From NCBI GenBank assembly GCA_038890745.1, contig JAWAFD010000002.1, forward strand, positions 128,001-192,000: 64,000 bases of DNA. The letters run 5' to 3'. The notes beneath the pieces are model-generated. The model worked only from the letters and a program-made list of their open reading frames with translations. It was not told the DNA's origin and ran no database searches. Below are positions 17,953-27,734 of the stretch, one piece after another. How positions within the stretch are numbered: the first letter of the stretch is position 1; the number at the start of each line of letters is the position of its first letter. A program made the translations under genes and the position numbers. Source of the DNA: Candidatus Anstonellales archaeon. GTDB taxonomy: Archaea; Micrarchaeota; Micrarchaeia; Anstonellales; J096.

Positions 17953-19272
17953 ATGTTCAAAAAAATTTTTTTTGCTCTGTTTGTCCTTTACATTCTAGTT
18001 TTTGCTTACTCTTTTATGACAAAAGACCTTCTCAGATCTCTTCCTGACTTTCCGGACACTGCGACAAGCATAAAGGTAGTTCGCGACTATGGTATTTTTG
18101 GAAATGTCCCAAATCTTCAATTCGGCGATTATCGTTTGTTTGGCTCAACTCCACCCGTGGTTCCTTTCTTAGGTTCACTCATTCCACTCCAGCCTCTCTA
18201 CTCGGCCGCTCTTCTTTCTATTCTGGCGGAATGCATAATCGCTTTTTTCATTCTCAAAAAATATCCAAACCTGTTTGGCTTCGCGCTTATTGCCATTCTC
18301 CTGATAAACCCATTTACCTCCTCATTATTCCCTCTTATGTGGAGGACAAGACAGGCATGGGCTCTAGTGTTTGCCATTTCAACATTTTTTTTCCAAAAAC
18401 CATGGCAGCAGTTTCTCCTTTCTTTCCTCGCTTTTCTCTCTCAGCCCATGACCGCCCTACTCTGCCTAGGTTTCAATTCTTTAAAATATTTTCTTAACAA
18501 GGAGTATGTGAAAGTTTTTATTTTCCTCTCAGCCCTTTTCCTCTCCATCCCGTTTATGTTCAAGCTTTTTACAACCATGCCGCTCCCCCCACACTACTAT
18601 GGCTGCCAGGGGTATTTCCTTTTTTCTCCGCCCCTTATTCTTTTCTACTCATTCATTCTTTTTCTTTCTCTCCATTCAATAGAATTTAGCCCGGTGCAAA
18701 AAGTTATTTTCATTTTCGCTCTTTTCCCTATTATTAACGCAATCCTTTTCTATTCCTCCCCGACACTCTGGCAGGTATTTCAGCTCCCGCTTTTTGCAGA
18801 CATGTGCATTGATGTTATAATCGTTCCTTTCATAGTTTTTAGCATATTCTCAAACAGTATAAAAAAACCATTCCACCTTGCCTGCCTGTTTCTCATCCTC
18901 TCCATCGCAGCCCTTCTCCTCCTTCCACCGGTAGCAGAGCTGAGCCTCCCGGATATAAACAACGCAAAGGTCGGAACGGTTGAATTTTTATCTTCGGACG
19001 CCTCCTTCTATCCTATCCACTCCTCCTTCCGCTACCCTTCTCTCCAATACCTTGCTTCAAAAAACATAACTTTTGCATGCACCCCCATTCCGCCGCAAAT
19101 AAGCAAAGGACCTGTTATGGAAAAGCTCGCCAGACTTGAATGCCCGGAGGAGCTAGACTATGCTTTTTTTGCTTTCTACGGTAGCGCTCCTCGGCCGAAC
19201 TATTCCTGCTCTACCGCTTCTGATGGAATAAGGACTATTTTCCTCTGCTCCTGTCGTTATGTTTTTAAATAG
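17953..19272 (+). CDS. Polytopic membrane protein, possibly GT-C glycosyltransferase-like
   Basis: Many TM segments; DFPD after TM1; C-terminal soluble domain. Confidence 0.55.
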   Translation: MFKKIFFALFVLYILVFAYSFMTKDLLRSLPDFPDTATSIKVVRDYGIFGNVPNLQFGDYRLFGSTPPVVPFLGSLIPLQPLYSAALLSILAECIIAFFILKKYPNLFGFALIAILLINPFTSSLFPLMWRTRQAWALVFAISTFFFQKPWQQFLLSFLAFLSQPMTALLCLGFNSLKYFLNKEYVKVFIFLSALFLSIPFMFKLFTTMPLPPHYYGCQGYFLFSPPLILFYSFILFLSLHSIEFSPVQKVIFIFALFPIINAILFYSSPTLWQVFQLPLFADMCIDVIIVPFIVFSIFSNSIKKPFHLACLFLILSIAALLLLPPVAELSLPDINNAKVGTVEFLSSDASFYPIHSSFRYPSLQYLASKNITFACTPIPPQISKGPVMEKLARLECPEELDYAFFAFYGSAPRPNYSCSTASDGIRTIFLCSCRYVFK

Positions 19273-19293
19273 TTTGTTGTAAAAATTAGTTGT

Positions 19294-20532
19294 ATGGGTA
19301 ATAAAGTGATTGATGTATGGAGGCGCACCTGTAGGTTTTTTGGAGAACTTCCGCACTCAATTAAAATAGGAGCAGTTGGTGGTACCATCGCTGCTTTTTC
19401 TATGTTCAGTCCACTTGAGAGTAGGCTTCATGCCCAACCCGTACCAGAGGATAGCCTAAGGACGTACACCATGCCGGTCATAGAGGTAGTGGCCAGTAAG
19501 AAATTTGTTCCAGATACTCTATATGAATATAAGTATGATGCTGTAAAAGGTCCAATTACTATTCCCCGTACATTTCCGGATGTTCAGAAAACGGCGACCG
19601 TATTGTTGTACATCCGCGAAGATGTACGTCTACTTCTATCAGACCCGGCCTGTGTTGATAAGGAATATCTACAGAATGACCTTAAGTCATTGGATACTAC
19701 TATTACCCGTCTTTTGGATTTCGGATACATTGGAGAGGATGGAGTATATCATTTCAAAGGTGAGAATGACTCTGTAAGATTAGCAAATGCTCTACTTGCT
19801 CAGGAATATCTTAATAAAGATAAAAAACAATTTGTTCAGAATGCCCTCTCCGCCATGCCAACCCATCCACCAGGTATTAGGATTGTTCCAGAGGGAGATA
19901 ATGTTCCATATATTGTTAGAATCCCATTCCCGCACTATGTATCCACAAAATATCCAGAAAGTTGGGAGAGGCTTAATAGGGTTGCCGGTTTTTTTAATGT
20001 AAAGATGCCTCAACCTACTGAAGGAAAAGAAATAGACCAGCAACTAACTGATGTTCTTCATGCGTGGGAGAGAATACAAGAAATTGTAGATCCAATGAGG
20101 CCAAAGATTGACAGTAGTATTACTACTCCCCAGGAGTCCAGCAACTCTACCCTGTTTCTTTGTAATTTTTATAGGCGTCTTTATTATCCTGCTGGAATCC
20201 CAGCGAACATTCAACTTGTACTTGCTATAGATTCTGTGCGTTCCATCTATGAGGCAGGAAATGTTGATATAGAATGCGACCCGGAAGGAAATAAAAAAGA
20301 CAACCTAGAGGCTGTTCTCAAAAGAGAACTTGGGGATTCTGCTATCGTTAAGAGGGTTGTTGCTGCCTATGATTTTTTAAAACATAGCACTCAACAAAGG
20401 AACAGAAACGGAGAGTGGGTAAATGTTCCAAATGAAACGCTGGCGATATTTTATGCCCCAGAGGTTTACTCTCTTCTTACAGAAATAATTTTTCCTTATT
20501 ACAAAAAACGCTATCCAAATAGATTTAAATGA
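19294..20532 (+). CDS. Secreted hypothetical protein
   Basis: 412-aa ORF; hydrophobic segment followed by RLHAQ. Confidence 0.6.
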   Translation: MGNKVIDVWRRTCRFFGELPHSIKIGAVGGTIAAFSMFSPLESRLHAQPVPEDSLRTYTMPVIEVVASKKFVPDTLYEYKYDAVKGPITIPRTFPDVQKTATVLLYIREDVRLLLSDPACVDKEYLQNDLKSLDTTITRLLDFGYIGEDGVYHFKGENDSVRLANALLAQEYLNKDKKQFVQNALSAMPTHPPGIRIVPEGDNVPYIVRIPFPHYVSTKYPESWERLNRVAGFFNVKMPQPTEGKEIDQQLTDVLHAWERIQEIVDPMRPKIDSSITTPQESSNSTLFLCNFYRRLYYPAGIPANIQLVLAIDSVRSIYEAGNVDIECDPEGNKKDNLEAVLKRELGDSAIVKRVVAAYDFLKHSTQQRNRNGEWVNVPNETLAIFYAPEVYSLLTEIIFPYYKKRYPNRFK

Positions 20533-20543
20533 TAAAAAATGAT

Positions 20544-21977
20544 TTATTTTTGTTCCTTTTTTTCCAGATGCGCGTTTATTACCGTTAAAACATTGTCATC
20601 AGTTGGCTCTATTTCGTATCCGCCCATAACATCAAAATACCTGGATAACTTTTCTAAGACTTCTTTCTTTTTTGATATCTCTGTTATTTCATTTAATCTT
20701 GAATATGATTTGGGATAGTATAACTTTAGATTTTTTAGAGTTTTCCAGGCAGGACCGACCTCTGCCAACTCTATATTTTCTCTTTCATCAGCTCCAAATT
20801 TTTCAGCGTTTTGGAAGCATCTGAGTGCTTCTTCGTACTCCCCACTTTCCAATGCTTGTGTACCTTTTTCGTGATAGTATGTTGTCGCCGCTGTTATTAC
20901 TATACTTTCTTCGCATCCTTCCTCATCAGTGTTTCTACTACCTATCCTATTTATTATATCATTTATTTCATTCTCTAAGGATATTTTTTCCTTTAAGTAT
21001 TCTTTAACAGTTTTTCCAGTTCCTTTTACAGGTCTTTCCCCAACAGGGATTTTTAGATTTTCTATTCTCTTTAAATCCTTTTCAACATTTTTACCGTACT
21101 CACCTGCTCTTTTGTAATTTTTCTCTGCTTCCTCATAATTTCCTTCTTCTTCGGCTTTTTTCCCTTTCCCATAATATTCCTCTGCAAGTTTTTCACGTAT
21201 TCTTTTAATATTATCCTTTTCCTTGTTTCCATATTTTTCTGATTTCTCTAGGAATTTCAATGCCAATTCGTACTCCCCCTGACTTTCATAGTTTATCCCG
21301 GCATTATGATAGGCTCTTCCGATATATATTGCGATATCATATTCACTTACTGTATCTTTTTTAACTTCTTCTTGCATCCAGCTTAAAATTGCTTTTCTTA
21401 CTGTAGTGTCTTTTTTGGTTTCTTCTCCAAAAGGACCTTTTTCCACCCTATCAAATAAAGGGATGTATGCAGAATCAAGGAATTCACCGACAGTTGTAAT
21501 CCTAATTTTCTTTGCCCACTCCGAGACCGGAATTATTGGTCTTTCCCCAACTAATAATGGGCGCTGGGTTTTTTCCACCTGCGGCGCAGTTTGCTGGTTT
21601 TGTTTCTGTCCATCTCTTTTTTCACTTCCTTCAGGCCTTGCTTCAGGTTCTCCTGGTTTTATCTGGCATTCAGTTTGTGTCTTACCACTTCCCGTACCTC
21701 CGCTCTGTCCTAAAATAGTGACTTTAAAACCATCTGCGGCTAGGTATGGACCACCATACTTTACTGCGGCTTCATTGTATCTATACACGTAGGGATAGGT
21801 GCTCCTGCCGTCATACAATGCAGCCATTATACTATCAACAAGTGGAACAAGCGAATCAGGAAGGTTCTGCCTGAGGGTGTAAAGCCTTTCCACGCTCCCA
21901 TACCTAGTCACATACTCGCTCTCTCCTGAACTGGCACCTGCAGCTAAAATCCCCCCCAGAATCAAAAGTTTTCTCAT
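20544..21977 (-). CDS. Secreted TPR-repeat protein
   Basis: Signal peptide; three YHNAG..E..GEYE.AL..F..A..YG TPR-like units. Confidence 0.75.
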   Translation of the reverse strand: MRKLLILGGILAAGASSGESEYVTRYGSVERLYTLRQNLPDSLVPLVDSIMAALYDGRSTYPYVYRYNEAAVKYGGPYLAADGFKVTILGQSGGTGSGKTQTECQIKPGEPEARPEGSEKRDGQKQNQQTAPQVEKTQRPLLVGERPIIPVSEWAKKIRITTVGEFLDSAYIPLFDRVEKGPFGEETKKDTTVRKAILSWMQEEVKKDTVSEYDIAIYIGRAYHNAGINYESQGEYELALKFLEKSEKYGNKEKDNIKRIREKLAEEYYGKGKKAEEEGNYEEAEKNYKRAGEYGKNVEKDLKRIENLKIPVGERPVKGTGKTVKEYLKEKISLENEINDIINRIGSRNTDEEGCEESIVITAATTYYHEKGTQALESGEYEEALRCFQNAEKFGADERENIELAEVGPAWKTLKNLKLYYPKSYSRLNEITEISKKKEVLEKLSRYFDVMGGYEIEPTDDNVLTVINAHLEKKEQK

Positions 21978-22048
21978 AATGTTTACTTTTTTGTTATAAA
22001 GTGTTTTTAAACCTTAAGGTTTTTAACTTTTGGCTAAAAAAAACAACC

Positions 22049-22936
22049 ATGCTCCAAACAACCCTGTTTGGAAAAAAGCTGAAAAACCCATTCATTCTAG
22101 CATCCGGAATCCTTGGTTCAGCAGCATCCACTTTAATAGAAATTTCAAAGCAGGCAGGAGCGGTTACATGCAAATCCGTAAGCAAAGATCCTATAAAAGG
22201 GCATGAAAACCCAACCGTTCTTGCAGAAGAGTATGTAATAAATGCAGTTGGTTTGAGCAACCCAGGGGTGCATGATTTTGAGGAGGAGCTTGAGAAGGCA
22301 ATAAAGAATGCACACTCACCGGTGATAGTAAGCATAGTTGGAAAAACAAAAGAAGAGTTTGTGTATGTTGCAGAGCGCCTGAACAAACTAAAACCATTTG
22401 CGTTTGAGCTGAACCTCTCCTGTCCAAATGTTGGAGGAAAGATAATCTCAACAGACCCAAACCAAACAGCAGAGATAGTTCGCGCAGTAAAAGAGGTTTC
22501 AAGGGTTCCTGTTCTTGCAAAACTAACCCCAAACGTTTCAGAAATTTCTGAGATTGCAAAAGCAGCAGAGGATGCGGGTGCAGATGGCATCACTGCTATA
22601 AACACACCAAAAGCGATGATAATAGATGCAAGGGCAAGGATGCCCATCCTCACAAACAAATTCGGCGGGCTCTCTGGAAAATACATAAAACCCATCGCTC
22701 TTGCAAAGGTTTATGAGATAAGAAGAGCAGTAAGGATTCCGATAATTGGGGTTGGTGGGATTACAACCGGAATGGATGCAGCAGAGATGCTCATGGCAGG
22801 AGCGAATGCAGTTGGAATCGGCTCAGCATTCTACTACCGTGGATATAATGCAATCTCCCAGATAGCAAAGGAGCTTGAGGAGTTTATGAAAAGGGAAGGG
22901 TACAAAAAAATTGAGGATATAAAGATGAAAACATGA
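22049..22936 (+). CDS. pyrD: Dihydroorotate dehydrogenase family 1B, catalytic subunit
   Basis: KNPFILASG, NAVGLSNPG, ELNLSCPN, KLTPN, INT, GGLSG, IIGVGGI. Confidence 0.95.
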   Translation: MLQTTLFGKKLKNPFILASGILGSAASTLIEISKQAGAVTCKSVSKDPIKGHENPTVLAEEYVINAVGLSNPGVHDFEEELEKAIKNAHSPVIVSIVGKTKEEFVYVAERLNKLKPFAFELNLSCPNVGGKIISTDPNQTAEIVRAVKEVSRVPVLAKLTPNVSEISEIAKAAEDAGADGITAINTPKAMIIDARARMPILTNKFGGLSGKYIKPIALAKVYEIRRAVRIPIIGVGGITTGMDAAEMLMAGANAVGIGSAFYYRGYNAISQIAKELEEFMKREGYKKIEDIKMKT

Positions 22937-23640
22937 TGTATGAAGTTTTTACTCTAAAAAATAAAGTCATGCTGAACGAAAACACAGCGAGGCTTGTTTT
23001 TGATAGAAAAATAAAGGCAGAGCCAGGCCAATTTGTCCTCGTTTGGCTTCCTGGCGTGGGAGAGAAACCATACGGCGTTGCGGATGATTCCCCGTTCACA
23101 CTCATAGTAAAGGATGTAGGGAAGGTAAGCCATTCTCTTGTTTCCTTAAAAAAAGGACAAAGGGTGTTTGTCCGAGGCCCTTTTGGGAGAGGGTTTGAGA
23201 TTAAAAAAGGAAACGGAATAGGGGTTGTTGGTGGATACGGGCTTGCACCGGTTGGTTTCTTGGCAAAGAAAACAAAGATAAAGCTCCTCATCGGTGCGAA
23301 AACAAAGGAGGATTTGATTTTTGTAAAAGAAAAAAGCGCGGAGTATTCAACGAATGATGGGACATACGGCCACAGGGGGTTTGTCACAGACCTTCTTGAA
23401 AAGGAGCTTAAAACAAGAAAGTACAGGAATGTTTATGCGTGCGGTCCAGAGCCCATGCTCGTCGGAGTTGGAAAGCTTTCAGAAAAGTATGGAATAAACG
23501 CCCAGCTTCTTACAGAAAGGCATATGAAATGCGGGATAGGGATATGTGGAAGCTGCGCTCTTGGTGGAAAGCTAGTGTGCAAGCATGGGCCGATGTTCTA
23601 CTGGAGCGAGTTGAAAAACAAAGAGGATTTTGGGAAATAA
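22933..23640 (+). CDS. pyrK: Dihydroorotate dehydrogenase electron transfer subunit
   Basis: PGQF, RGPFGRGF, GGYGLAP, ACGPEPM, MKCGIGICGSC..VC. Confidence 0.93.
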   Translation: MMYEVFTLKNKVMLNENTARLVFDRKIKAEPGQFVLVWLPGVGEKPYGVADDSPFTLIVKDVGKVSHSLVSLKKGQRVFVRGPFGRGFEIKKGNGIGVVGGYGLAPVGFLAKKTKIKLLIGAKTKEDLIFVKEKSAEYSTNDGTYGHRGFVTDLLEKELKTRKYRNVYACGPEPMLVGVGKLSEKYGINAQLLTERHMKCGIGICGSCALGGKLVCKHGPMFYWSELKNKEDFGK

Positions 23641-23641
23641 A

Positions 23642-24415
23642 CTATTTTTCTGGAATGTATATTACGGAGTATCTTCCATCGTTGATCATTATTGTATCCC
23701 TGATTTCCAAAGCAGAGGCTGCCCTGTAGAAGAGATCCACGCTGTCTGCGGATGAAAAAGTTGCGAATCTGCTGCTCAGCAAAATGTTCGCAAGCCCGTA
23801 GTGCATCGCCCCAACTAAAACTATTGGTTTTTCGCTGTTTCTCATAATTTTTTTTACCATTTCTGCCATGTATTCCTCTCTTTTGTCTATAAGCCAAAAC
23901 GGATAGTTATAAGGAGTCGGTATTTCGTTTGATGGAACATCTATTGCGTAAACCTCCATACCAACAGAGTAAGCGGCGTCTATGAGCACATACATACTTT
24001 CCGCGGTTTTGTCTGGATAATGAGACCTTAAAAAGTTTAGAAACATCTCCTCCCCTTGACTTACCTCTCCCCCCATATTCCTAAGCTTTACTATCATTCT
24101 CATAAAATGGAGATATTCTTGCCAGTCTGATGGCATCTCTAAGCACAGGCAGGAGTAACCTTTCTCGTGGAATTCCTGCATTTTAGAAGCAAGAAAATAC
24201 CTTTGGAAGTTTTTCTCATGGTTCTCGCCGAATATCAAAACGTTCGCTCCGGCTGTTAGCGAATCTATGCTTACTTTCCTGCTTTTGTTGGCTATTTCTT
24301 TTTTCCACTCCTCAACGATGAGAGAGTCTTGGGCAGTTAGTTGAGTAAAATTTCTGTTCAGAGTAGGCTTCACAACCGGTAAAAACACGAGCATACCTGT
24401 TACCAAAACCCCCAT
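23642..24415 (-). CDS. ChaN/EreA/TraB-Tiki superfamily protein with N-terminal hydrophobic anchor
   Basis: IFGENH, CLEMP, AID, REEYM, LVGAMH motifs. Confidence 0.65.
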   Translation of the reverse strand: MGVLVTGMLVFLPVVKPTLNRNFTQLTAQDSLIVEEWKKEIANKSRKVSIDSLTAGANVLIFGENHEKNFQRYFLASKMQEFHEKGYSCLCLEMPSDWQEYLHFMRMIVKLRNMGGEVSQGEEMFLNFLRSHYPDKTAESMYVLIDAAYSVGMEVYAIDVPSNEIPTPYNYPFWLIDKREEYMAEMVKKIMRNSEKPIVLVGAMHYGLANILLSSRFATFSSADSVDLFYRAASALEIRDTIMINDGRYSVIYIPEK

Positions 24416-24541
24416 GTTTATCTTTATGTAAATAAATGAATTTAAACCTTTGCCCCCTCATTTTCACATAAAACCATTAATATAAACATTTAAAAATCTT
24501 TCTCTACATAATAGTTATTAAAAAGGGTTAAAGGTGTAAAT

Positions 24542-24949
24542 ATGAAAACAAAAAACCTGTACGCGGTTGAAAGGGGTGAAAACCTGCTCATAGGTGCTGT
24601 GCGTGCAGGGGATATACCACAGATAAAAGTTTTAATAAAAAAACAGAAAAACCTGGAAGTAAGGGATATGTACGGAATGACCCCACTCATAGGTGCCGCT
24701 CTTGATGGGAATACAGAAGCGGTATCCCTTCTTCTTGAAGCTGGCGCAGATGTAAACGCTCAGGATAATTATGGCAGAACAGCCCTGATATACGCTGCGA
24801 TATGGGGGCATGCAGAGATTGCAAAAATTCTCCTTGAGCATGGTGCAAACACAAAAATAATGGATGAGTATGGAATGAATGCAGAGATGTGGGCCGTGCA
24901 TCAGGGAAACATGCTCATAGCGAATCTAATACGGTGGCGAGAGAGATAA
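24542..24949 (+). CDS. Ankyrin repeat protein
   Basis: GMTPLIGAA, GADVNAQDNYGRTALIYAA, LLEHGA. Confidence 0.92.
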   Translation: MKTKNLYAVERGENLLIGAVRAGDIPQIKVLIKKQKNLEVRDMYGMTPLIGAALDGNTEAVSLLLEAGADVNAQDNYGRTALIYAAIWGHAEIAKILLEHGANTKIMDEYGMNAEMWAVHQGNMLIANLIRWRER

Positions 24950-25027
24950 AAAATAAAAATAGCTTTCGCCTTTTGCCGATTTGATTTTCGCTAATTTTAA
25001 AAACATTCCCTCTAAATACGAGAGCAC

Positions 25028-26854
25028 ATGGACTTTTCATTCAAAATAGGAGGGGCTGCTGGAGAAGGAGTAATGGTGATGGGAAGGACAGCCGGAAAAC
25101 TTTTTACACGAGGAGGGTATTATGTTTTTGGGTATCCAGAGTATCCTTCCCTCATCCGCGGCGGCCATAACTCCTATCAGGTAAGAATAAGCGATGAGAA
25201 AATTCTTTCACCCTCAAAATACACAAACATCGTTGTTGCGCTGAACAAAAACGGGGTTAAATTCCACAAGGATTCTCTTGCAAAAGATGGTATTCTTCTT
25301 TACGATTCTTTGATAGACATTTCAGGAACAGAGGTTAGGGAGGATATTATAAAATGTCCCCTCCCTGTCCTGGATTTGTTAAAGGAGGCAAACGCGGAAC
25401 CGAGGATGGCAAACGTTCTTTTTCTTGGTGCGATGATCGCCCTTGTGAAATACCCCATAGAGATGCTCAACGAGATAATCCGGCAGGAGTTTTCAAGAAA
25501 GGGAGAGGAGATAGTTAACAAAAATATTTCTGCTGCAAGGGTAGCTTATGAGTATGTAATAAAAAACTTCAAGACCCCAATAGACATAAAACCGATTGGT
25601 CAGCCAAAGGTTTACATCTCAGGAAACGAGGCTGTTGGTGTTGGGGCTATAGCAGCAGGGATGAGATTTTTTGCTTCCTATCCCATGACCCCGGCAACAA
25701 ACCTCCTTCACTTTCTTGTTCAGAAGCAAAAGGATGAAAAAATAGTTCTTGTTCAAACAGAGGACGAGATCACAGCAGCGCAGATGATGATAGGTGCTTT
25801 CTATGCAGGTGCGAGAGGGATGGTAGGCACAAGCGGAGGAGGGTTTGCTCTTATGACAGAAAGCGTTGGGATGTCTGCTCTTGCAGAAACCCCATCAGTT
25901 TTCTACATTGCTCAGCGGGTTGGCCCGAGCACAGGCATGCCTACATGGACAGAGCAAGGAGATATTTTCCAGGTTCTTGGCGCAGGCCAGGGTGAGTTTC
26001 TGCGCATAATCCTTGCACCCGGCGATGTTGAGGAATGCTTCTACCAAACAGCAGAGGCGTTCAACCTTGCAGAAAGATATCAGCTCCCTGTTTTTATTCT
26101 TTCAGATAAGTTTTTGGCAGAGAGCCATTACACTGCTGATGCTGATTCCCTGAATGCTGAAAAAATAAAAATAGATAGAGGAAAGGTTGCAAGCAACCTT
26201 GCTCCACTTGCAGAAGGCGAAAGGTTTCATCGCTACATGATTACAGAGGATGGGATCTCGCCGAGGACTTTTCCGGGAATGGAAAACGGCGAGCATGTTG
26301 CATCGAGCTATGAGCACAGGGAGGATTCTTTCACAACAGAGGACTTTGACATGCGTGCAGAGCAGGTTAATAAAAGGGCAAAAAAACTCGAGAGGATTTT
26401 AGAAGAGAGCTGGGAGCCGAATGTTTATGGAGACGGAAGTTTTACCCTTGTTGTTTGGGGGAGCCAGAAGGGACCTGCATTAGAAGCTCAAAAGCTTCTT
26501 AAAACCGAGGGAATAGATTTCCGCGTTGTTCATTTCTCCTGGCTCTATCCGCTAAATAAGGATAAGGTTTCAAAAATTCTTGGAAACGGGAAAAAAATAA
26601 TCGCAGAAAACAATTCAACCGCAATGTTCGCGAAACTTCTAAAGATGGAAACAGGAATTGAATTTGATACAACCATTCTCAAATACACCGGAAGGCAATT
26701 CTTCCCCGAGCAGCTTGCCATGGCTATAAAAGAGGGTATGAATGGAAGAAGAAAAATAGTAATAAAGGAAGGGTTTGACAATTTTGAGTTTTACTACCCA
26801 TGGAAATACGAAGTTGCTGAAAAGAAGGAGGAGAAGAGCGAGGTGAGCGTATGA
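25028..26854 (+). CDS. 2-oxoacid:ferredoxin oxidoreductase, alpha(-gamma) subunit
   Basis: GGAAGEGV, YPSLIRGGH, SGNEA, YPMTPAT, QTEDE, TSGGGF, QRVGPSTGMPT. Confidence 0.93.
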   Translation: MDFSFKIGGAAGEGVMVMGRTAGKLFTRGGYYVFGYPEYPSLIRGGHNSYQVRISDEKILSPSKYTNIVVALNKNGVKFHKDSLAKDGILLYDSLIDISGTEVREDIIKCPLPVLDLLKEANAEPRMANVLFLGAMIALVKYPIEMLNEIIRQEFSRKGEEIVNKNISAARVAYEYVIKNFKTPIDIKPIGQPKVYISGNEAVGVGAIAAGMRFFASYPMTPATNLLHFLVQKQKDEKIVLVQTEDEITAAQMMIGAFYAGARGMVGTSGGGFALMTESVGMSALAETPSVFYIAQRVGPSTGMPTWTEQGDIFQVLGAGQGEFLRIILAPGDVEECFYQTAEAFNLAERYQLPVFILSDKFLAESHYTADADSLNAEKIKIDRGKVASNLAPLAEGERFHRYMITEDGISPRTFPGMENGEHVASSYEHREDSFTTEDFDMRAEQVNKRAKKLERILEESWEPNVYGDGSFTLVVWGSQKGPALEAQKLLKTEGIDFRVVHFSWLYPLNKDKVSKILGNGKKIIAENNSTAMFAKLLKMETGIEFDTTILKYTGRQFFPEQLAMAIKEGMNGRRKIVIKEGFDNFEFYYPWKYEVAEKKEEKSEVSV

Positions 26855-27702
26855 GTTTTGATGTTCCAGAAAAACCTCAATGGTGTCCTGGATGCGGGAA
26901 CTATCCCATCCTAACCGCACTTAAACAGGCACTTACAGAGCTGGATAAAAAAACGAGCGAAACGGTTATATGCTCAGGGGTTGGATGCGGAAGCAAAATC
27001 CCTCACTATTTAAGATGCTATGGGTATGAGGGTTTGCACGGCAGACCCCTTCCCTTAGCAGAAGGAATAAAGCTCGCTAACCCAAACCTTCTTGTGATTA
27101 CGATAGCCGGGGATGGGGATGGCTTAAGCGAGGGAACCCAGCACTTTGTGCATTCCGCAAGAAGAAACCATGATGTTAACTATTTTATTCAGGATAACCA
27201 ACTGTATGCCCTGACAACAGGTCAGGTTTCTCCGACAAGTTTGAAGGGGCTTAAAACAAAAACAACACCCGCAGGGAATACAGTTGAGCCAATAAAGACC
27301 ATCCCTCTGATGCTTTTGGTTGGTGCTTCCTTTGTTGCTACTGCCTTTGCAGGAGATATCCATCACATGAAAGAGGTTTTCAAAAAAGCAATTCAACATA
27401 AAGGCTTTTCTTTTGTAAATATCTACCAGCCATGCGTTACCTGGAACTCAATGAACACCTATGATTGGTGGAGGGAAAGGGTTTACAAACTGGAGGACGC
27501 GCATCATGATGTTAGTGATTGGGATGCTGCATTCAAAAAAGCAATGGAACCATACGAAAGCAATTTTACAAAATTTCCGATAGGTGTTTTCTACCAGGTT
27601 GAAAAACCACCTCTATACGACCGGGAAAAATGGGCGAGGGAAAATCCTCCAGTACAAGTTGAGAAAAGAGACGTATCCCATCTGATTAAAGAGTTTATGT
27701 AA
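26851..27702 (+). CDS. 2-oxoacid:ferredoxin oxidoreductase, beta subunit
   Basis: WCPGCGN, SGVGC, LHGR, GDGD, DNQLYALTTGQVSPT, QPCVTWN. Confidence 0.93.
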   Translation: MSFDVPEKPQWCPGCGNYPILTALKQALTELDKKTSETVICSGVGCGSKIPHYLRCYGYEGLHGRPLPLAEGIKLANPNLLVITIAGDGDGLSEGTQHFVHSARRNHDVNYFIQDNQLYALTTGQVSPTSLKGLKTKTTPAGNTVEPIKTIPLMLLVGASFVATAFAGDIHHMKEVFKKAIQHKGFSFVNIYQPCVTWNSMNTYDWWRERVYKLEDAHHDVSDWDAAFKKAMEPYESNFTKFPIGVFYQVEKPPLYDREKWARENPPVQVEKRDVSHLIKEFM

Positions 27703-27734
27703 AAACAGAAAAACAATAAAAAACAAAAGAAAAA

